NCBI GenBank assembly: GCA_016869025.1
Contig: VGFA01000001.1
Span: forward strand, 140,309-204,308
Direction: 5' to 3'
DNA: 64,000 bases
From: Armatimonadota bacterium
GTDB taxonomy: Bacteria > Sysuimicrobiota > Sysuimicrobiia > Sysuimicrobiales > Humicultoraceae
Shown here: piece after piece, positions 8,743-19,420 of the stretch
Layout: every line of letters begins with the position of its first letter
How positions within the stretch are numbered: the stretch's first letter is position 1
Program-made: the position numbers and the translations under genes
The notes under the pieces: model-generated
Seen by the model: the letters and a program-made list of their open reading frames with translations, nothing else
Database searches by the model: none
What the model was told of the DNA's origin: nothing

Positions 8743-9877
8743 GGGACGGTTGATGGTTGAGCAGACACCACCGCTTGGCGGGCAGGTGGTAATCTCCAAG
8801 CCAGCCCTGCAGCAGATCTTCGATGCGCTGCGCACGGTCGGCTACTGCCTGATTGGCCCGACCGTGCGCGGGGATGCCATTGTGTACGACGAGATCGCCC
8901 TCCTGGACGATCTTCCCATCGGGTGGGCCGATGAGCAGGGGCCGGGCACCTACCGGCTCCATCGCCGCGACGATCAGGCGCACTTCGGGTTCGTCGTCGG
9001 TCCGCACTCGTGGAAGAGGTATCTATACCCGCCGTCGCTGAGACTCTTCTCGACGCGCCGGGACGGGGACGGGTTCAGCGTCGAGGCGAACACCGATTCT
9101 CCGCCCTTGTACGCGTTCATTGGCGTGAGAGGGTGCGAGCTGGCGGCCATCGCCGTGCAGGATCGGGTGTTTCTCGAGGGTCCGGTGCAGGAGCCGCACT
9201 ACAAGACCCGCCGCGAGCGCGCTTTCGTCCTGGCCGTGAACTGCACCGAGCCAGGCGGCTCCTGCTTCTGCGCATCCGTGAGGACCGGCCCCAGGTGTTC
9301 GTCTGGTTTCGACCTGGCCCTGACCGAGATGGACGACGTCTTCCTGCTGGAAGTCGGCTCGGCACTGGGAGCGCAGATGCTGTCCGGGGTTGAGTGGCGG
9401 CTGGCCGGCGCCTTCGACCTGAGCCGCGCCCGGCAGGCAATGGCCGATGCCTTGACGCGCATGGGCAGGGGGCTCAACACCCACAACCTGCCTGATCTGC
9501 TGTACGACAACCTGGAACACCCCCACTGGGAGGACGTGGCGAAGCGCTGCCTCTCGTGCGCCAACTGCACCATGGTGTGCCCCACCTGCTTCTGCTCTGA
9601 CGTGCTGGAGGCAAGCGATCTCACCGGCGAGACCGCCGCGCGTGTGCGCGTCTGGGACTCCTGCTTCAATCGCGAGTTCTCCTACGTGTTCGGCGGGCAC
9701 CTTCGGCCAAACACACGCGCCCGATACCGCCAGTGGCTCACGCACAAGCTGGCATCGTGGAAGGACCAGTACGGCGTCTCGGGGTGCGTGGGGTGCGGTC
9801 GGTGCATAACGTGGTGCCCGGTGGGCATTGACCTGACCGCGGAACTTGCGGCCATCAGAGGGGAGAGCCCGCTATGA
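8726..9877 (+). CDS. [NiFe] hydrogenase group-3b-type beta subunit (HydB/AsrA-like 4Fe-4S protein)
   Basis: 383 aa with the ferredoxin motifs CLSCANCTMVCPTCFC and CVGCGRCITWCP. Confidence 0.75.
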   Translation: MARESEGRLMVEQTPPLGGQVVISKPALQQIFDALRTVGYCLIGPTVRGDAIVYDEIALLDDLPIGWADEQGPGTYRLHRRDDQAHFGFVVGPHSWKRYLYPPSLRLFSTRRDGDGFSVEANTDSPPLYAFIGVRGCELAAIAVQDRVFLEGPVQEPHYKTRRERAFVLAVNCTEPGGSCFCASVRTGPRCSSGFDLALTEMDDVFLLEVGSALGAQMLSGVEWRLAGAFDLSRARQAMADALTRMGRGLNTHNLPDLLYDNLEHPHWEDVAKRCLSCANCTMVCPTCFCSDVLEASDLTGETAARVRVWDSCFNREFSYVFGGHLRPNTRARYRQWLTHKLASWKDQYGVSGCVGCGRCITWCPVGIDLTAELAAIRGESPL

Positions 9878-10743
9878 ACCCAACCCAGGCCAAGAGCCAA
9901 CGCCCACCATCTACCGGCCACCCCCTGGTACCCCAGCCGGCGGTGATCACCCACGTGCAACCCGAGGCGCAGGGCGTTACGACGTACACGCTGGAGTTCA
10001 ATGACCCGGCCGTGCGCGAGGCATACCGCTTTTGCCCTGGCCAGTTCAACATGCTCTACCTGCCGGGCATCGGGGAGTCGGCCATATCCATCAGCTCGGA
10101 TCCGGCTGAGCCCGCCCTCCTGCGTCATACGATCCGCTTCGCCGGCAACGTCACCCAGGCCATCTCCAGGATGGATGCCGGCGGCGTGATAGGCGTGCGC
10201 GGCCCCTACGGAAACCCCTGGCCCGTGGACCGGGCAGTGGGCAACGACCTGATAATCGTGGCCGGAGGCATCGGCCTGGCCCCTCTGCGCCCGGTAATCT
10301 ACCACGTTCTCAGGCACAGGGCCGACTACGGCAAGGTTACCATCCTGAACGGTGCGCGTCTCCCGACCGACCTGCTCTACCCGCAGGAGTACGACCTGTG
10401 GCGTAGCCGAGACGTCGAGGTCGTCGTGACCGTGGACCGCGCCGACGAGGCGTGGAAAGGCCGCGTGGGCGTGGTACCCATGCTGTTCTACGCGGTGAGG
10501 CCCGACCCCAAGCGCACGACCGTCTTCACTTGCGGGCCGGAAATCATGATGCACTTCGTGGTCTACGAGGCGCTGGCGCGTCGAGTCCCCAAGGAACGCA
10601 TCTACCTGTCGCTGGAGCGCAACATGAAATGCGCTGTTGCATTCTGCGGTCGCTGCCAGTACGGCCCGACCTTCCTGTGCAAGGATGGGCCGGTCCTGAG
10701 TTACGACCGCATTGAGCCGTTCTTCACCGTGGAGGAGTTCTGA
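9874..10743 (+). CDS. [NiFe] hydrogenase gamma subunit (FAD/NAD(P)-binding, 2Fe-2S; HydG/AsrB-like)
   Basis: 289 aa with a ferredoxin-reductase-type fold. The C-terminus carries [17 protein letters not shown]. Its ATG overlaps the previous TGA. Confidence 0.75.
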   Translation: MNPTQAKSQRPPSTGHPLVPQPAVITHVQPEAQGVTTYTLEFNDPAVREAYRFCPGQFNMLYLPGIGESAISISSDPAEPALLRHTIRFAGNVTQAISRMDAGGVIGVRGPYGNPWPVDRAVGNDLIIVAGGIGLAPLRPVIYHVLRHRADYGKVTILNGARLPTDLLYPQEYDLWRSRDVEVVVTVDRADEAWKGRVGVVPMLFYAVRPDPKRTTVFTCGPEIMMHFVVYEALARRVPKERIYLSLERNMKCAVAFCGRCQYGPTFLCKDGPVLSYDRIEPFFTVEEF

Positions 10744-11543
10744 TGGCTACTCCCAAGAAGCGCAAGCCCAGCCTGGCGGTGTTCAAGTTCGCGTCATGCG
10801 ACGGCTGCCAGCTTTCGCTGCTGGATTGTGAGGATGCCGTGCTCGCCGTGGCCGACGCGGTGGAGATTGCCTATTTCGTCGAGGCCCGCCGGCAGGCACT
10901 TGCCGGCCCCTATGACGTGACCCTGGTCGAGGGCTCGGTAACCACCGAAGAGGAAGTCGAGCGCATCAAGGAAGTACGGCGCCAATCCGGGCTGCTGGTG
11001 ACCATCGGCGCGTGCGCCACCTCCGGCGGCATCCAGGCACTGCGCAACTGGGCGGACGTGGGCGAGTTCACGCGGACCGTTTACGCCAGCCCCGAGTACA
11101 TCCACACGCTGGATCGCTCGCGTCCGATCAGCGATTTCGTGCCCGTGGACTTCGAGCTGCGCGGTTGCCCCATCAGCAAGCAGCAGCTCGTGGACCTTGT
11201 CACCTCGCTGCTGATCGGGCGCAAGCCGTCGGTACCGGAACACGCGGTGTGCAACGAGTGCAAGCGGCAGGGGACGGTCTGCGTGATGGTCGCGGAGGGG
11301 GTCCCGTGCCTGGGTCCGGCCACGCAGGCCGGGTGCGGCGCGATCTGCCCGGCCTACAACAGGGGGTGCTACGGGTGCTTCGGCCCAATGGATCTGTCCA
11401 ATCCGGCCGCGCTCGGCGCCCGCTTCATCGCGATGGGACAGACCGCTCGTGACGTCAGCCGCGCCTTCCGCGGCTTCAACGGCTACTCGGCGGTCTTCCG
11501 GGCGGCCAGCGAGCAGTTTGAAAAGGACGCCATCCCAAGTTAG
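10743..11543 (+). CDS. [NiFe] hydrogenase small (delta) subunit
   Basis: 266 aa with Cys clusters typical of the hydrogenase small subunit / NuoB-like family ([22 protein letters not shown]). Confidence 0.8.
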   Translation: MATPKKRKPSLAVFKFASCDGCQLSLLDCEDAVLAVADAVEIAYFVEARRQALAGPYDVTLVEGSVTTEEEVERIKEVRRQSGLLVTIGACATSGGIQALRNWADVGEFTRTVYASPEYIHTLDRSRPISDFVPVDFELRGCPISKQQLVDLVTSLLIGRKPSVPEHAVCNECKRQGTVCVMVAEGVPCLGPATQAGCGAICPAYNRGCYGCFGPMDLSNPAALGARFIAMGQTARDVSRAFRGFNGYSAVFRAASEQFEKDAIPS

Positions 11544-11559
11544 TCAGGGGAGAGAGGCA

Positions 11560-12864
11560 ATGGCCGAGAGACGCATCAACGTGGACTACCTGGCCCGCGT
11601 CGAGGGTGAGGGCGCGCTGCGGGTCGTGATCAAGGACGATCGCGTTACCGACGTCCAGCTCAACATATTCGAGCCGCCACGCTTCTTCGAGGCGTTTCTG
11701 CGAGGCCGCACGCCCCAGGAGACCGTGGACATCACGGCCCGAATCTGCGGCATCTGCCCGGTGGCCTACCAGATGAGCGCCGCCCACGCGTTGGAGAAGG
11801 CCCTGGGCGTGACCCCTCCGCCCGGCGTACGCGCCCTGCGCCGGCTGCTCTACTGCGGCGAGTACATCGAGAGCCACGTGTTGCACATCTTCATGCTGCA
11901 TGCGCCGGATTTCATCGGACACGAGTCGGCCATCAGCATGGCCACCGATCCGGCCCTGCGTCCGCTGGTCGAGCAGGCGCTGCGAATGAAGAAGATCGGC
12001 AACCACCTGGTGACGGTCATCGGTGGGCGCGAGATCCACCCGGTCTCGGCATGCGTGGGCGGCTTCTACCGGGCGCCGCGCAAGTCGGAACTCGTGGCCC
12101 TGGTTCCGGATCTCGAGTGGGGCCTCGAGAGGGCGGTGGAGGCCGTGCGGTGGGCGGCCACGCTGGACTATCCTGACTTCACCGCCGACTACGAGTTCGT
12201 CTCCCTGTCACATCCTGATGAGTACCCCTACAACGAGGGGCGCGTGGTGTCGTCCAGAGGGCTGGACATCCCGATAGAAGAGTACGAGCGGCACTTCCTA
12301 GAGGAGCACGTCGAGCACTCCAACGCGCTTCACTCGCGCCGCGCGGGCAGCAAGACGAGCTACATGGTGGGGCCGCTGGCGCGGGTGAACCTGAACTTCG
12401 ACCGGCTCTCGCCCAGGGCCCAGTCGGCGGCGCGTGACATCGCGCTGACCCTGCCCGTGCGCAACCCGTTCATGAGCCTGCTCGCGCGCGGGCTGGAGCT
12501 GGTTCATGCCTATGAGGAGGCGCTCCAGTTGATCGCCTCCTACGTGGAACCCGTTCCCTCAAGGTCGCCCATCCCCACGCCTCCGAGGGCCGGGGAGGGA
12601 GCCCATGCCACCGAGGCACCGCGCGGTCTGCTGTACCACCGGTACACGGTAGACGCAGCGGGCCTGATCGCCGGTGCCAGGATCGTACCGCCGACCGCGC
12701 AGAACCTGAGGCGCATGGAGGACGACCTGTGGCAGTACGTGCCCGGGGTGCTGGCTCTACCGCTCGAGGAGGCCACGCTGCGCTGCGAGCAGCTCGTGCG
12801 CAGTTACGATCCGTGCATCTCGTGCGCCACGCACTTCTTGAAGCTCGACCTTGAGCGGGAATAG
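11560..12864 (+). CDS. [NiFe] hydrogenase large (alpha) subunit
   Basis: It has the N-terminal [10 protein letters not shown] motif (first CxxC Ni ligands). The C-terminal [10 protein letters not shown] is followed by a short tail, which is the protease cleavage site. 434 aa is the size of a group-3 enzyme. Confidence 0.9.
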   Translation: MAERRINVDYLARVEGEGALRVVIKDDRVTDVQLNIFEPPRFFEAFLRGRTPQETVDITARICGICPVAYQMSAAHALEKALGVTPPPGVRALRRLLYCGEYIESHVLHIFMLHAPDFIGHESAISMATDPALRPLVEQALRMKKIGNHLVTVIGGREIHPVSACVGGFYRAPRKSELVALVPDLEWGLERAVEAVRWAATLDYPDFTADYEFVSLSHPDEYPYNEGRVVSSRGLDIPIEEYERHFLEEHVEHSNALHSRRAGSKTSYMVGPLARVNLNFDRLSPRAQSAARDIALTLPVRNPFMSLLARGLELVHAYEEALQLIASYVEPVPSRSPIPTPPRAGEGAHATEAPRGLLYHRYTVDAAGLIAGARIVPPTAQNLRRMEDDLWQYVPGVLALPLEEATLRCEQLVRSYDPCISCATHFLKLDLERE

Positions 12865-13360
12865 GGAGAGAACTGCCGGGGCCAAGGCCCCATCCGCGCT
12901 GATCATAGGCATTGGTAACGCGTCGCGGGGCGACGATGCGGCAGGGCTGATCGCCGCCCGCCTGATCAGGGATGCGCTTCTTTCCCTCCCGGATCCCCCG
13001 GATCCGGGGCGCGTTGCGGTGCTCGAACAGGATGGCGAGGGCACCGCCCTTGTCGCGGCCTGGAAGGGCGCGGAGACCGTGATCCTGATAGATGCCGCCC
13101 TCTCCGGCGCGGCTCCCGGCAGCATACACCGCTTCGATGCCCTCGGCCAGCCGCTCCCGGCCGGGTTCCGCGCTTGCTCGACTCACGCGTTCGGAGTGGC
13201 AGAGGCGATCGAGCTGGCCAGGGCGCTGGACCGGCTGCCGCAGCGGCTCATCGTCTACGGAATCGAGGGCCTGTCGTTCTCGGCAGGCGAGGTGCCCTCG
13301 GAGGCGGTCGAGGCCGCGGTACGGGCGGTGGTCGAGCGCGTGCTGGCCGACGTAAGGTAG
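12851..13360 (+). CDS. Hydrogenase maturation endopeptidase (HycI/HoxW family)
   Basis: It has the [16 protein letters not shown] motif and the D...H core. It overlaps the large-subunit stop. Confidence 0.8.
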   Translation: MSGNRERTAGAKAPSALIIGIGNASRGDDAAGLIAARLIRDALLSLPDPPDPGRVAVLEQDGEGTALVAAWKGAETVILIDAALSGAAPGSIHRFDALGQPLPAGFRACSTHAFGVAEAIELARALDRLPQRLIVYGIEGLSFSAGEVPSEAVEAAVRAVVERVLADVR

Positions 13361-13368
13361 CGCCGCCG

Positions 13369-13383
13369 GAAATACTGTTTCCG
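13369..13383. promoter_or_regulatory. Short palindrome GGAAA-TACTG-TTTCC 40 nt upstream of acuA
   Basis: Perfect 5-bp arms with a 5-bp spacer, read directly from the sequence. It is not GC-rich, so it is more operator-like than terminator-like. Confidence 0.25.
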
Positions 13384-13424
13384 TCCGATGGCCTGCCGGA
13401 CCCGGGCGGGCTATTCTGTCATAG

Positions 13425-14057
13425 GTGAGAACAGCCATGGCCCCGGCCGCTGAGCAGGCACGGGCATTCCCCGAGATCCTCGCGCTCGAAGGCGGCGCAG
13501 CACTCGCGGAGTACGAGATCGCTCCAGGCCTGGGCGCGTTCTCCTCTTACGGACGCCGGCGCGCGCAGGTCGTCCGCGAGACGCTGGGCAGGGGGCTGCG
13601 GGCTCCGGGTGGGGAGGCCTTCGCCGCAGTCCTTGGCGACACAATCATCGGCTACCTGCTCCTGGTGCCGGCCGGCATTGACCAGCCCTGGGGCCGGCTG
13701 GGGGATCCCAGGGTGCTTGAGGTCGGCATAGAGGTGGCGCGCGGGCACAGAGGGCAGGGAATCGCTCAATCGTTGTTCCGCCGTGCCTTCGCCCGACCGG
13801 TGGTGGAGTCGCGGATATACGTGGCCACCGGGTACGTGTGGTGCTGGGACATCGAGGACACCGTCATCGAGGCCGGGATCTACGCCGACCGCCTGCTGGC
13901 GCTCTTCGGGCGGTTTGGGTTCCGGCGCGAGTGGACCAACGAACCCAACGTGGCCCTCGAGCCGCTGAACTTCCTGGCGGTGCGGATCGGGCAGGACGTG
14001 CCCGCGGCGCTCGTCAGCCGCTTTCGCCTGGCACAGCGGGGCGAACAGGTGGCCTGA
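13425..14057 (+). CDS. acuA: AcuA-family GNAT protein acetyltransferase
   Basis: 210 aa, the same length as B. subtilis AcuA. It aligns with AcuA across the GNAT core (IIGYLLLVP, VLEVGIEVARGHRGQGIAQSLF, YVATGYVWCWDIED, NFLAVRIGQDV). Confidence 0.7.
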   Translation: MRTAMAPAAEQARAFPEILALEGGAALAEYEIAPGLGAFSSYGRRRAQVVRETLGRGLRAPGGEAFAAVLGDTIIGYLLLVPAGIDQPWGRLGDPRVLEVGIEVARGHRGQGIAQSLFRRAFARPVVESRIYVATGYVWCWDIEDTVIEAGIYADRLLALFGRFGFRREWTNEPNVALEPLNFLAVRIGQDVPAALVSRFRLAQRGEQVA

Positions 14058-14067
14058 GGGAGCGGCT

Positions 14068-14715
14068 ATGCGCGTGCGCACCCTGATGACGTCGCCGGCG
14101 CTCGTGGTTGGGCCGGAGGCCCCGGCCTGGGAGGCCCTGGGGCTCATGCGGAGGCACCGCATCCGGCGCCTGCCGGTTGTGGACGGCGAGGTCCTGGTCG
14201 GGATCATTACCTGGACCGATGTGGTCCGCGTGCATGCTCCGGCGGTTGAGGGCCCCAGGCGCACTCCAACCCTGTCGGTGGGAGTGCTCGTCAGGCACCT
14301 GATGGCCAGCGCGCCCGTGACGGTTGATCCGGACGCCACGATTGAGCAGGCGGCCGCGCTCATGCGCCGACACAAGATCGGGGGGCTGCCTGTGGTCGAG
14401 GACGGCCGGCTGGTCGGCGTCATCACCGAGAGCGACCTGTTCGAGGCCTTCGCGGAGATGCTTGGGGCCGGCCCGCATGAGGTCAAGCTCCACCTGGCAG
14501 TTGGCAGCATTTCCGTTGAACTTCCAAGAATCGTGTCTAGGCTGACGAAGGCCGGAATCCCCATAGTTGCCGTGCACACGCTGCGCACCTCGGGTGCGGA
14601 GGTCGTAGAACTCGTGGTTCACGAGAACGACGTGGGGCGCGCCCGGGAGGTATTGCACCGTCTTGCCCTCGAAACAGACGTCGTGGAAGCGCAGGAGAGG
14701 GGGGACCGCGCGTGA
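14068..14715 (+). CDS. acuB: AcuB-like CBS-CBS-ACT protein (paralogue 2)
   Basis: 215 aa with two CBS motifs and a C-terminal ACT domain. It lies immediately downstream of the acuA homologue, as in the Bacillus acuABC operon. Confidence 0.75.
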   Translation: MRVRTLMTSPALVVGPEAPAWEALGLMRRHRIRRLPVVDGEVLVGIITWTDVVRVHAPAVEGPRRTPTLSVGVLVRHLMASAPVTVDPDATIEQAAALMRRHKIGGLPVVEDGRLVGVITESDLFEAFAEMLGAGPHEVKLHLAVGSISVELPRIVSRLTKAGIPIVAVHTLRTSGAEVVELVVHENDVGRAREVLHRLALETDVVEAQERGDRA

Positions 14716-14993
14716 CCGCGAGCAGAGAAGGCAATGCTTCCGTCGGGGTGATCCCGCCGCAGCGGGTGCTCATCGCCGCCGAGCGGTGCAAGGGCTGCGG
14801 GCTTTGCGTGGCCGTCTGCCCGCCTGAGATCATGGAGTTGGGGTCGCTCAACCGCCTGGGGTATGCTGTTGTGCGCGTGACCGATCAGGCCCGGTGCACT
14901 TCCTGCACGGCGTGCGCGCTGGTCTGCCCGGAGGTGGCCATCACTGTGATGCGCCCCCAGCGGGCCCGCCAGACGCGGGAGGGCGCCAAGTGA
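14712..14993 (+). CDS. korD: 2-oxoacid:ferredoxin oxidoreductase delta subunit (2x[4Fe-4S] ferredoxin)
   Basis: 93 aa with the motifs [12 protein letters not shown] and [12 protein letters not shown]. Confidence 0.85.
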   Translation: MTASREGNASVGVIPPQRVLIAAERCKGCGLCVAVCPPEIMELGSLNRLGYAVVRVTDQARCTSCTACALVCPEVAITVMRPQRARQTREGAK

Positions 14994-16042
14994 AGCGCAC
15001 CTTGATGAAGGGAAACGAGGCGCTGGCCGAGGCGGCCATTCGCGCCGGTTGCAGGGCCTATTTCGGCTATCCGATCACGCCCCAGAACGAGGTGCCGGAG
15101 TACATGGCCCGCCACATGCCAGGGGCGGGTGGCGTCTTCGTGCAGGCAGAGAGCGAGATCGCGGCCATCAACATGGTCCACGGCGCTGCGGGCGCCGGCG
15201 TCCGCGCTATGGCCACCACCAGCAGCCCCGGATTTAGTCTGATGACAGAAGGCCTTTCCTACATGATCGGCTCCCGGCTGCCGTGCGTCGTGGTCAACGT
15301 GATGCGCGGAGGTCCTGGGCTCGGCAACATTGCACCGGCGCAGGGAGATTACTTCCAGGTTACCCGCGGGCTGGGACACGGTGACACCCACGGCATCGTG
15401 CTAGCGCCGTCCACGGTCCAGGAGATCGTTGACCTCATGCCCGTCGCGTTCGAGCTGGCCGAGCGCTACCGGCTGCCAACGGTGATCGCCGCAGACGGCA
15501 TACTCGGGCAGATGATGGAACCGGTGGCGCTGCCTGAACCCATCGCGCCTCCGCCTCCTCCTGAGTGGGCCACGACCGGCGCGGTGGGAAGCCCCCGCGT
15601 GATCTCGTCCATCTATCTGGCGCCGGAAGAGCTCGAACAGCACGTCCTTTCCCTGATGAGGACCTACCAGGAAATCCGCGAGCGCGAGCAGCGATGGGAG
15701 GCCTACCGCGCCGACGACGCGGAGGTGCTCGTTGTGGCCTACGGGACCGCGGCCCGCGTTGTGCGATCGGCCGTGGATCGCGTGCGCGCGCAGGGAGTCG
15801 CAGCCGGATTGATCAGGCCGATCACCCTCTGGCCGTTCCCGACTTCCGCGTTCGAGATGTCGCCGCGCCGGTGGCTGGTTGTGGAACTCAGCGCGGGACA
15901 GATGGTGGAGGACGTTCGCCTCGCCGTATCGGGCAGGGCGCCGGTCGGATTGTACGGCCGCGTCGGTGGGGTAGTGCCTTCTCCGGCGGAGGTGTCGGAG
16001 GCGATTCGGGCGGCCGTGGCCGAGGAGGTGGCCTGGGCATGA
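14990..16042 (+). CDS. korA: 2-oxoacid:ferredoxin oxidoreductase alpha subunit
   Basis: It has the [11 protein letters not shown] and [18 protein letters not shown] signatures. A GTG start overlaps the korD stop. An alternative ATG lies at 15005. Confidence 0.85.
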   Translation: MKRTLMKGNEALAEAAIRAGCRAYFGYPITPQNEVPEYMARHMPGAGGVFVQAESEIAAINMVHGAAGAGVRAMATTSSPGFSLMTEGLSYMIGSRLPCVVVNVMRGGPGLGNIAPAQGDYFQVTRGLGHGDTHGIVLAPSTVQEIVDLMPVAFELAERYRLPTVIAADGILGQMMEPVALPEPIAPPPPPEWATTGAVGSPRVISSIYLAPEELEQHVLSLMRTYQEIREREQRWEAYRADDAEVLVVAYGTAARVVRSAVDRVRAQGVAAGLIRPITLWPFPTSAFEMSPRRWLVVELSAGQMVEDVRLAVSGRAPVGLYGRVGGVVPSPAEVSEAIRAAVAEEVAWA

Positions 16043-16800
16043 TCAAGGACATGGTTGAGGTTACGGCCAGGCCCCGCTCGCTGGTGGACGTGCCCCTGCA
16101 CTACTGCCCGGGTTGCACGCACGGCATAATCCACCGTCTGGTGGCCGAGGCCATTGACAGTCTGGGCATCCGGGAGCGGACTATCGGCGTAGCGTCGGTT
16201 GGGTGCTCGGTCTTCATCTACAACTACCTCGACGTGGACTTCCAACAGGCCCCGCACGGCAGGGCGCCGGCGGTTGCCACGGGCATCAAGCGCGTACTGC
16301 CCGACCGCGTCGTGTTCACCTACCAGGGGGACGGCGATCTGGCCTCGATAGGCGCCGCTGAGATCCTCCACGCCGCCGCGCGGGGCGAGCGCATCACGGT
16401 CATCTTCGTGAACAACGCGATCTACGGCATGACCGGCGGTCAGATGGCGCCGACCACGCTGTCCGGAATGAAGACCACGACCACCCCCTTCGGCAGGGAG
16501 ATCCGCCAGGCGGGGGGGGCGCTGCGCGTGGTCGAACTCCTGGCCGGCATGGACGGCGTGGCATACGCCGCGCGCGAAGCGGTCACGAGCCCTGCCCGTA
16601 TCCACCGGGCCCGCCGCGCCGTAGAGGCCGCGTTCAGGGCGCAGATCGAGGACAGGGGTTTGGGCATAGTCGAGCTGCTCTCGACCTGTCCGGTGAACTG
16701 GAAGCTCCCGCCGGTCGAGGCGGTCGCGTGGTGCGAGGCCAACATGATCCCCGCGTTCCCGCTGGGCGTCCTGAAGGACACCACCGGGAGCGGGGGGTAG
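16039..16800 (+). CDS. korB: 2-oxoacid:ferredoxin oxidoreductase beta subunit (TPP-binding)
   Basis: It has YCPGCTHG and [12 protein letters not shown] motifs. Its ATG overlaps the korA TGA. Confidence 0.85.
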   Translation: MIKDMVEVTARPRSLVDVPLHYCPGCTHGIIHRLVAEAIDSLGIRERTIGVASVGCSVFIYNYLDVDFQQAPHGRAPAVATGIKRVLPDRVVFTYQGDGDLASIGAAEILHAAARGERITVIFVNNAIYGMTGGQMAPTTLSGMKTTTTPFGREIRQAGGALRVVELLAGMDGVAYAAREAVTSPARIHRARRAVEAAFRAQIEDRGLGIVELLSTCPVNWKLPPVEAVAWCEANMIPAFPLGVLKDTTGSGG

Positions 16801-16804
16801 CAGC

Positions 16805-17344
16805 ATGGCCGTCCACGAGATCGTGATAGCCGGCTTCGGGGGACAGGGCGTGCTGTTTCTGGGTGAAGTCCTCGCGCAGGCGGCCCTCAGCGAGGGGCGC
16901 GAGGTAACCTGGCTGCCCGCTTACGGACCGGAGCAGCGCGGCGGCACCGCGTACTGTACGGTCGTGATCAGCAGCGAACCCATCGGCTCGCCTGTGGCCT
17001 CAGACCCAACCGTGGTGATCGCGATGAACCGGCCGTCGCTGGACCGGTTTGAGCCCGCGGTTCGGCCCGGGGGCCTGATCGTATGCGATAGCACGCTGAC
17101 GGGGAGGGTACCTGAGCGCGCCGACGTCCAGGCCATTGCGGTGCCGGCGACGGCCATCGCCGCCGAGCTGGGCGCGGCGCGGGCGGCGAATGTCGTGCTG
17201 CTGGGCGCCACAATGGCGGCGAGACCGATCCTTACGATAGAGAGCGTGCGCGCGGCCCTGGACGGGATGGTGGCAGACCCTCAGGTCATGGCGCGTAACC
17301 TTGCGGCGTTCGAGCGCGGCGCGCGCGAGGGCTCCCGCCCATGA
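16805..17344 (+). CDS. korC: 2-oxoacid:ferredoxin oxidoreductase gamma subunit
   Basis: 179 aa. It has the gamma-subunit signature IAGFGGQGVLFLGEVL...GPEQRGGTAYCTVVIS. Confidence 0.85.
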   Translation: MAVHEIVIAGFGGQGVLFLGEVLAQAALSEGREVTWLPAYGPEQRGGTAYCTVVISSEPIGSPVASDPTVVIAMNRPSLDRFEPAVRPGGLIVCDSTLTGRVPERADVQAIAVPATAIAAELGAARAANVVLLGATMAARPILTIESVRAALDGMVADPQVMARNLAAFERGAREGSRP

Positions 17345-18027
17345 AGCAGGCCCGAGACGCTTCGCCGGGAGGCCCCAGGACCATCCGGCTCATTGTCGCC
17401 GACGACCATGCCATCGTGCGCGAGGGCATCAAGCGCCTGCTCCAGGCCGAGCCGGACATCGAGGTCGTGGGTGAGGCGGGTGACGGTGTCGCGGCCGTGG
17501 AGATGGCCCAGGATCTCAAGCCCGACGTTGTGTGTCTGGATGTCAGCATGCCCAGGATGAATGGGGTGGAGGCGACCCGGCGCATCAGGGCCTCCCTGCC
17601 GGACGTCGGGGTGGTCGTCCTGACAATGCACGAGGACGAGGACTACGTGTTCGAGTTGGTGAAGGCAGGCGCTTCGGGCTACGTCTTGAAGCGGGCCAGC
17701 GCCCGCGACCTGGTGGATGCCGTGCACGCCGTGGCCGGGGGCCACACATTCCTGCATCCAATGATTGCGCGGCGGCTGGTCTCGGATCACGAGACATCCA
17801 GCAGCCGCGACGAAGAACGCCGGCGGTTCGACGGCCTGACCGAACGGGAACGCGAGGTCGTACGCCTGATCGCCGATGGCCTGACCAACAAGGAGATCGC
17901 GGAACGGCTCCACATCAGCGTCAAGACCGTCGAAACCCATCGCACGCACATCATGGAGAAGCTCGATCTGCACGATCGCGCACACCTGGTGCGCTACGCT
18001 GTCCGGAAGGGGCTGGTCACCGCATGA
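17341..18027 (+). CDS. Orphan two-component response regulator, NarL/FixJ (LuxR-HTH) family
   Basis: The receiver domain is IRLIVADDH...VVCLDVSMP...VLK. The C-terminal LuxR HTH is LTEREREVVRLIADGLTNKEIAERLHISVKTVETHR. Both ends overlap neighbouring genes (ATGA). Confidence 0.85.
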   Translation: MKQARDASPGGPRTIRLIVADDHAIVREGIKRLLQAEPDIEVVGEAGDGVAAVEMAQDLKPDVVCLDVSMPRMNGVEATRRIRASLPDVGVVVLTMHEDEDYVFELVKAGASGYVLKRASARDLVDAVHAVAGGHTFLHPMIARRLVSDHETSSSRDEERRRFDGLTEREREVVRLIADGLTNKEIAERLHISVKTVETHRTHIMEKLDLHDRAHLVRYAVRKGLVTA

Positions 18028-18716
18028 TCCCGAAGGATCAGGGATGGCCGTACTCGGCCCGGGCCCTGGCCGCCCGCATCGAGCACTCGGTCCTGGCGCC
18101 CGAAGCCGGACAGGCCGACGTGGAATCCGGTTGCACCGTGGCCCGTGCCCGGGGAGTTCGATCCGTGGTGGTCAAGCCGGTGCACGTCGCCTTGGCCCGC
18201 CGGCTGCTGGAAGGGACCGGGATCCGCGTGGTGAGCGTGATCGGGTTCCCCCACGGTAACTCGACGCCGGAGGTGAAGGCCCTGGAGGTCTCCGCCGCGA
18301 TCCGGGACGGTGCCGATGAGGTGGACGTCGTGGTGAACGTCGGCGCCCTGTGCGAGGGCCGATGGGAGCCGGTGGCGGAGGAACTTCGGGCGGTCGTGGC
18401 CGCGTCAGGCGGCAGTCCGGTGAAGGTGATCCTGGAGACCGCGCTGCTGACCGATGCCGTCAAGGTTCGTGCGTGCGGGCTCGCGGATGCCTCGGGCGCG
18501 GCCTATGTGAAGACTTCCACGGGATTTGGCAGGGCAGGGGCAACGGTGGCCGACGTGGCGCTGTTGCGGGGCAATGTGGGGTCTGGCGTCGGAGTGAAGG
18601 CGTCAGGGGGAATCCGCACGCTGGCGGATGCGGCGGCAATGATCGCCGCGGGAGCCGACCTCATCGGAACGAGCCAGACCGAAGCGATCCTGGACGAGGC
18701 CGGCTCCGCCGCCTGA
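18024..18716 (+). CDS. deoC: Deoxyribose-phosphate aldolase
   Basis: It has the VVKP and KTSTGFG class-I aldolase Schiff-base lysine context and is DeoC-sized at 230 aa. Confidence 0.8.
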   Translation: MIPKDQGWPYSARALAARIEHSVLAPEAGQADVESGCTVARARGVRSVVVKPVHVALARRLLEGTGIRVVSVIGFPHGNSTPEVKALEVSAAIRDGADEVDVVVNVGALCEGRWEPVAEELRAVVAASGGSPVKVILETALLTDAVKVRACGLADASGAAYVKTSTGFGRAGATVADVALLRGNVGSGVGVKASGGIRTLADAAAMIAAGADLIGTSQTEAILDEAGSAA

Positions 18717-18790
18717 CCTCGCGCGGCGCGGCGACCCTCGGTTATCCCGCAGAGGAGAAAGCAAGTCCCGCCCTGAAATATGAGGGCGCG

Positions 18791-19192
18791 ATGGCGGATG
18801 AGGAACGCGCCACACAAGGCGAGCCCTCAGGCGACCTGCTGCGCCGGCTGCTCGCCGACGCGGCAGCCCTGGGCGGAGTGTACGGACGCGCCACACGAGA
18901 ACACCTGCTCGCCCTGGCAAGGGACTTCGCGTTTGCCGCGTTGATGGTAGGCGCCGCTGTGGCGCTGGGCGTTATGGCCATAGGCCTGGCCGTCGCCGCG
19001 ATCGTGATGGTGGCCGCGATCTGGCTGCCTGGCTGGCTGGCCGCCCTGGTGGTCCTGGGCATCATGATAACCGCGATGGGCATCCTGCTGTCGCTCGGCA
19101 AGGTCCGGCTGCAGCGGCGGAGGGCGGCCTGGGCGGTGCGCATGGCCGAGGAGATCCGTTGGCTGCAGACCCTTTTCACACGCCGGAGCTAG
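18791..19192 (+). CDS. Holin-X-like (phage_holin_3_6 family) small membrane protein
   Basis: 133 aa with two TM helices and a charged C-terminus. The pattern is typical of the actinobacterial Holin-X family. This call rests on the pattern only. Confidence 0.5.
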   Translation: MADEERATQGEPSGDLLRRLLADAAALGGVYGRATREHLLALARDFAFAALMVGAAVALGVMAIGLAVAAIVMVAAIWLPGWLAALVVLGIMITAMGILLSLGKVRLQRRRAAWAVRMAEEIRWLQTLFTRRS

Positions 19193-19398
19193 CCGCGCTC
19201 CACCAGCGCATCGGTCGGGACGTGGCCGAACTGCGCTCTCGGTTGCGCAAGGGCGGCGTTACCCTCCGCCTTGGTCCGGTCGTCTCTGATCGGGCGGGTG
19301 TTACCTGGATCACCGCGCTGGGCGCGGCCGCAGGACTGCTGGCAGGGCGGCTCCTGCGGGCGCGGTGCGGTGGCGGACGCCCGGCCCGGGGCCTATAA
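19159..19398 (+). CDS. Small hypothetical protein overlapping the end of the holin-like gene
   Basis: 79 aa ORF with a C-terminal hydrophobic segment. No homology was recognised. It may or may not be real. Confidence 0.25.
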   Translation: MAADPFHTPELAALHQRIGRDVAELRSRLRKGGVTLRLGPVVSDRAGVTWITALGAAAGLLAGRLLRARCGGGRPARGL

Positions 19399-19420
19399 TG
19401 AGTTCTGGAGGTAACTGAAG

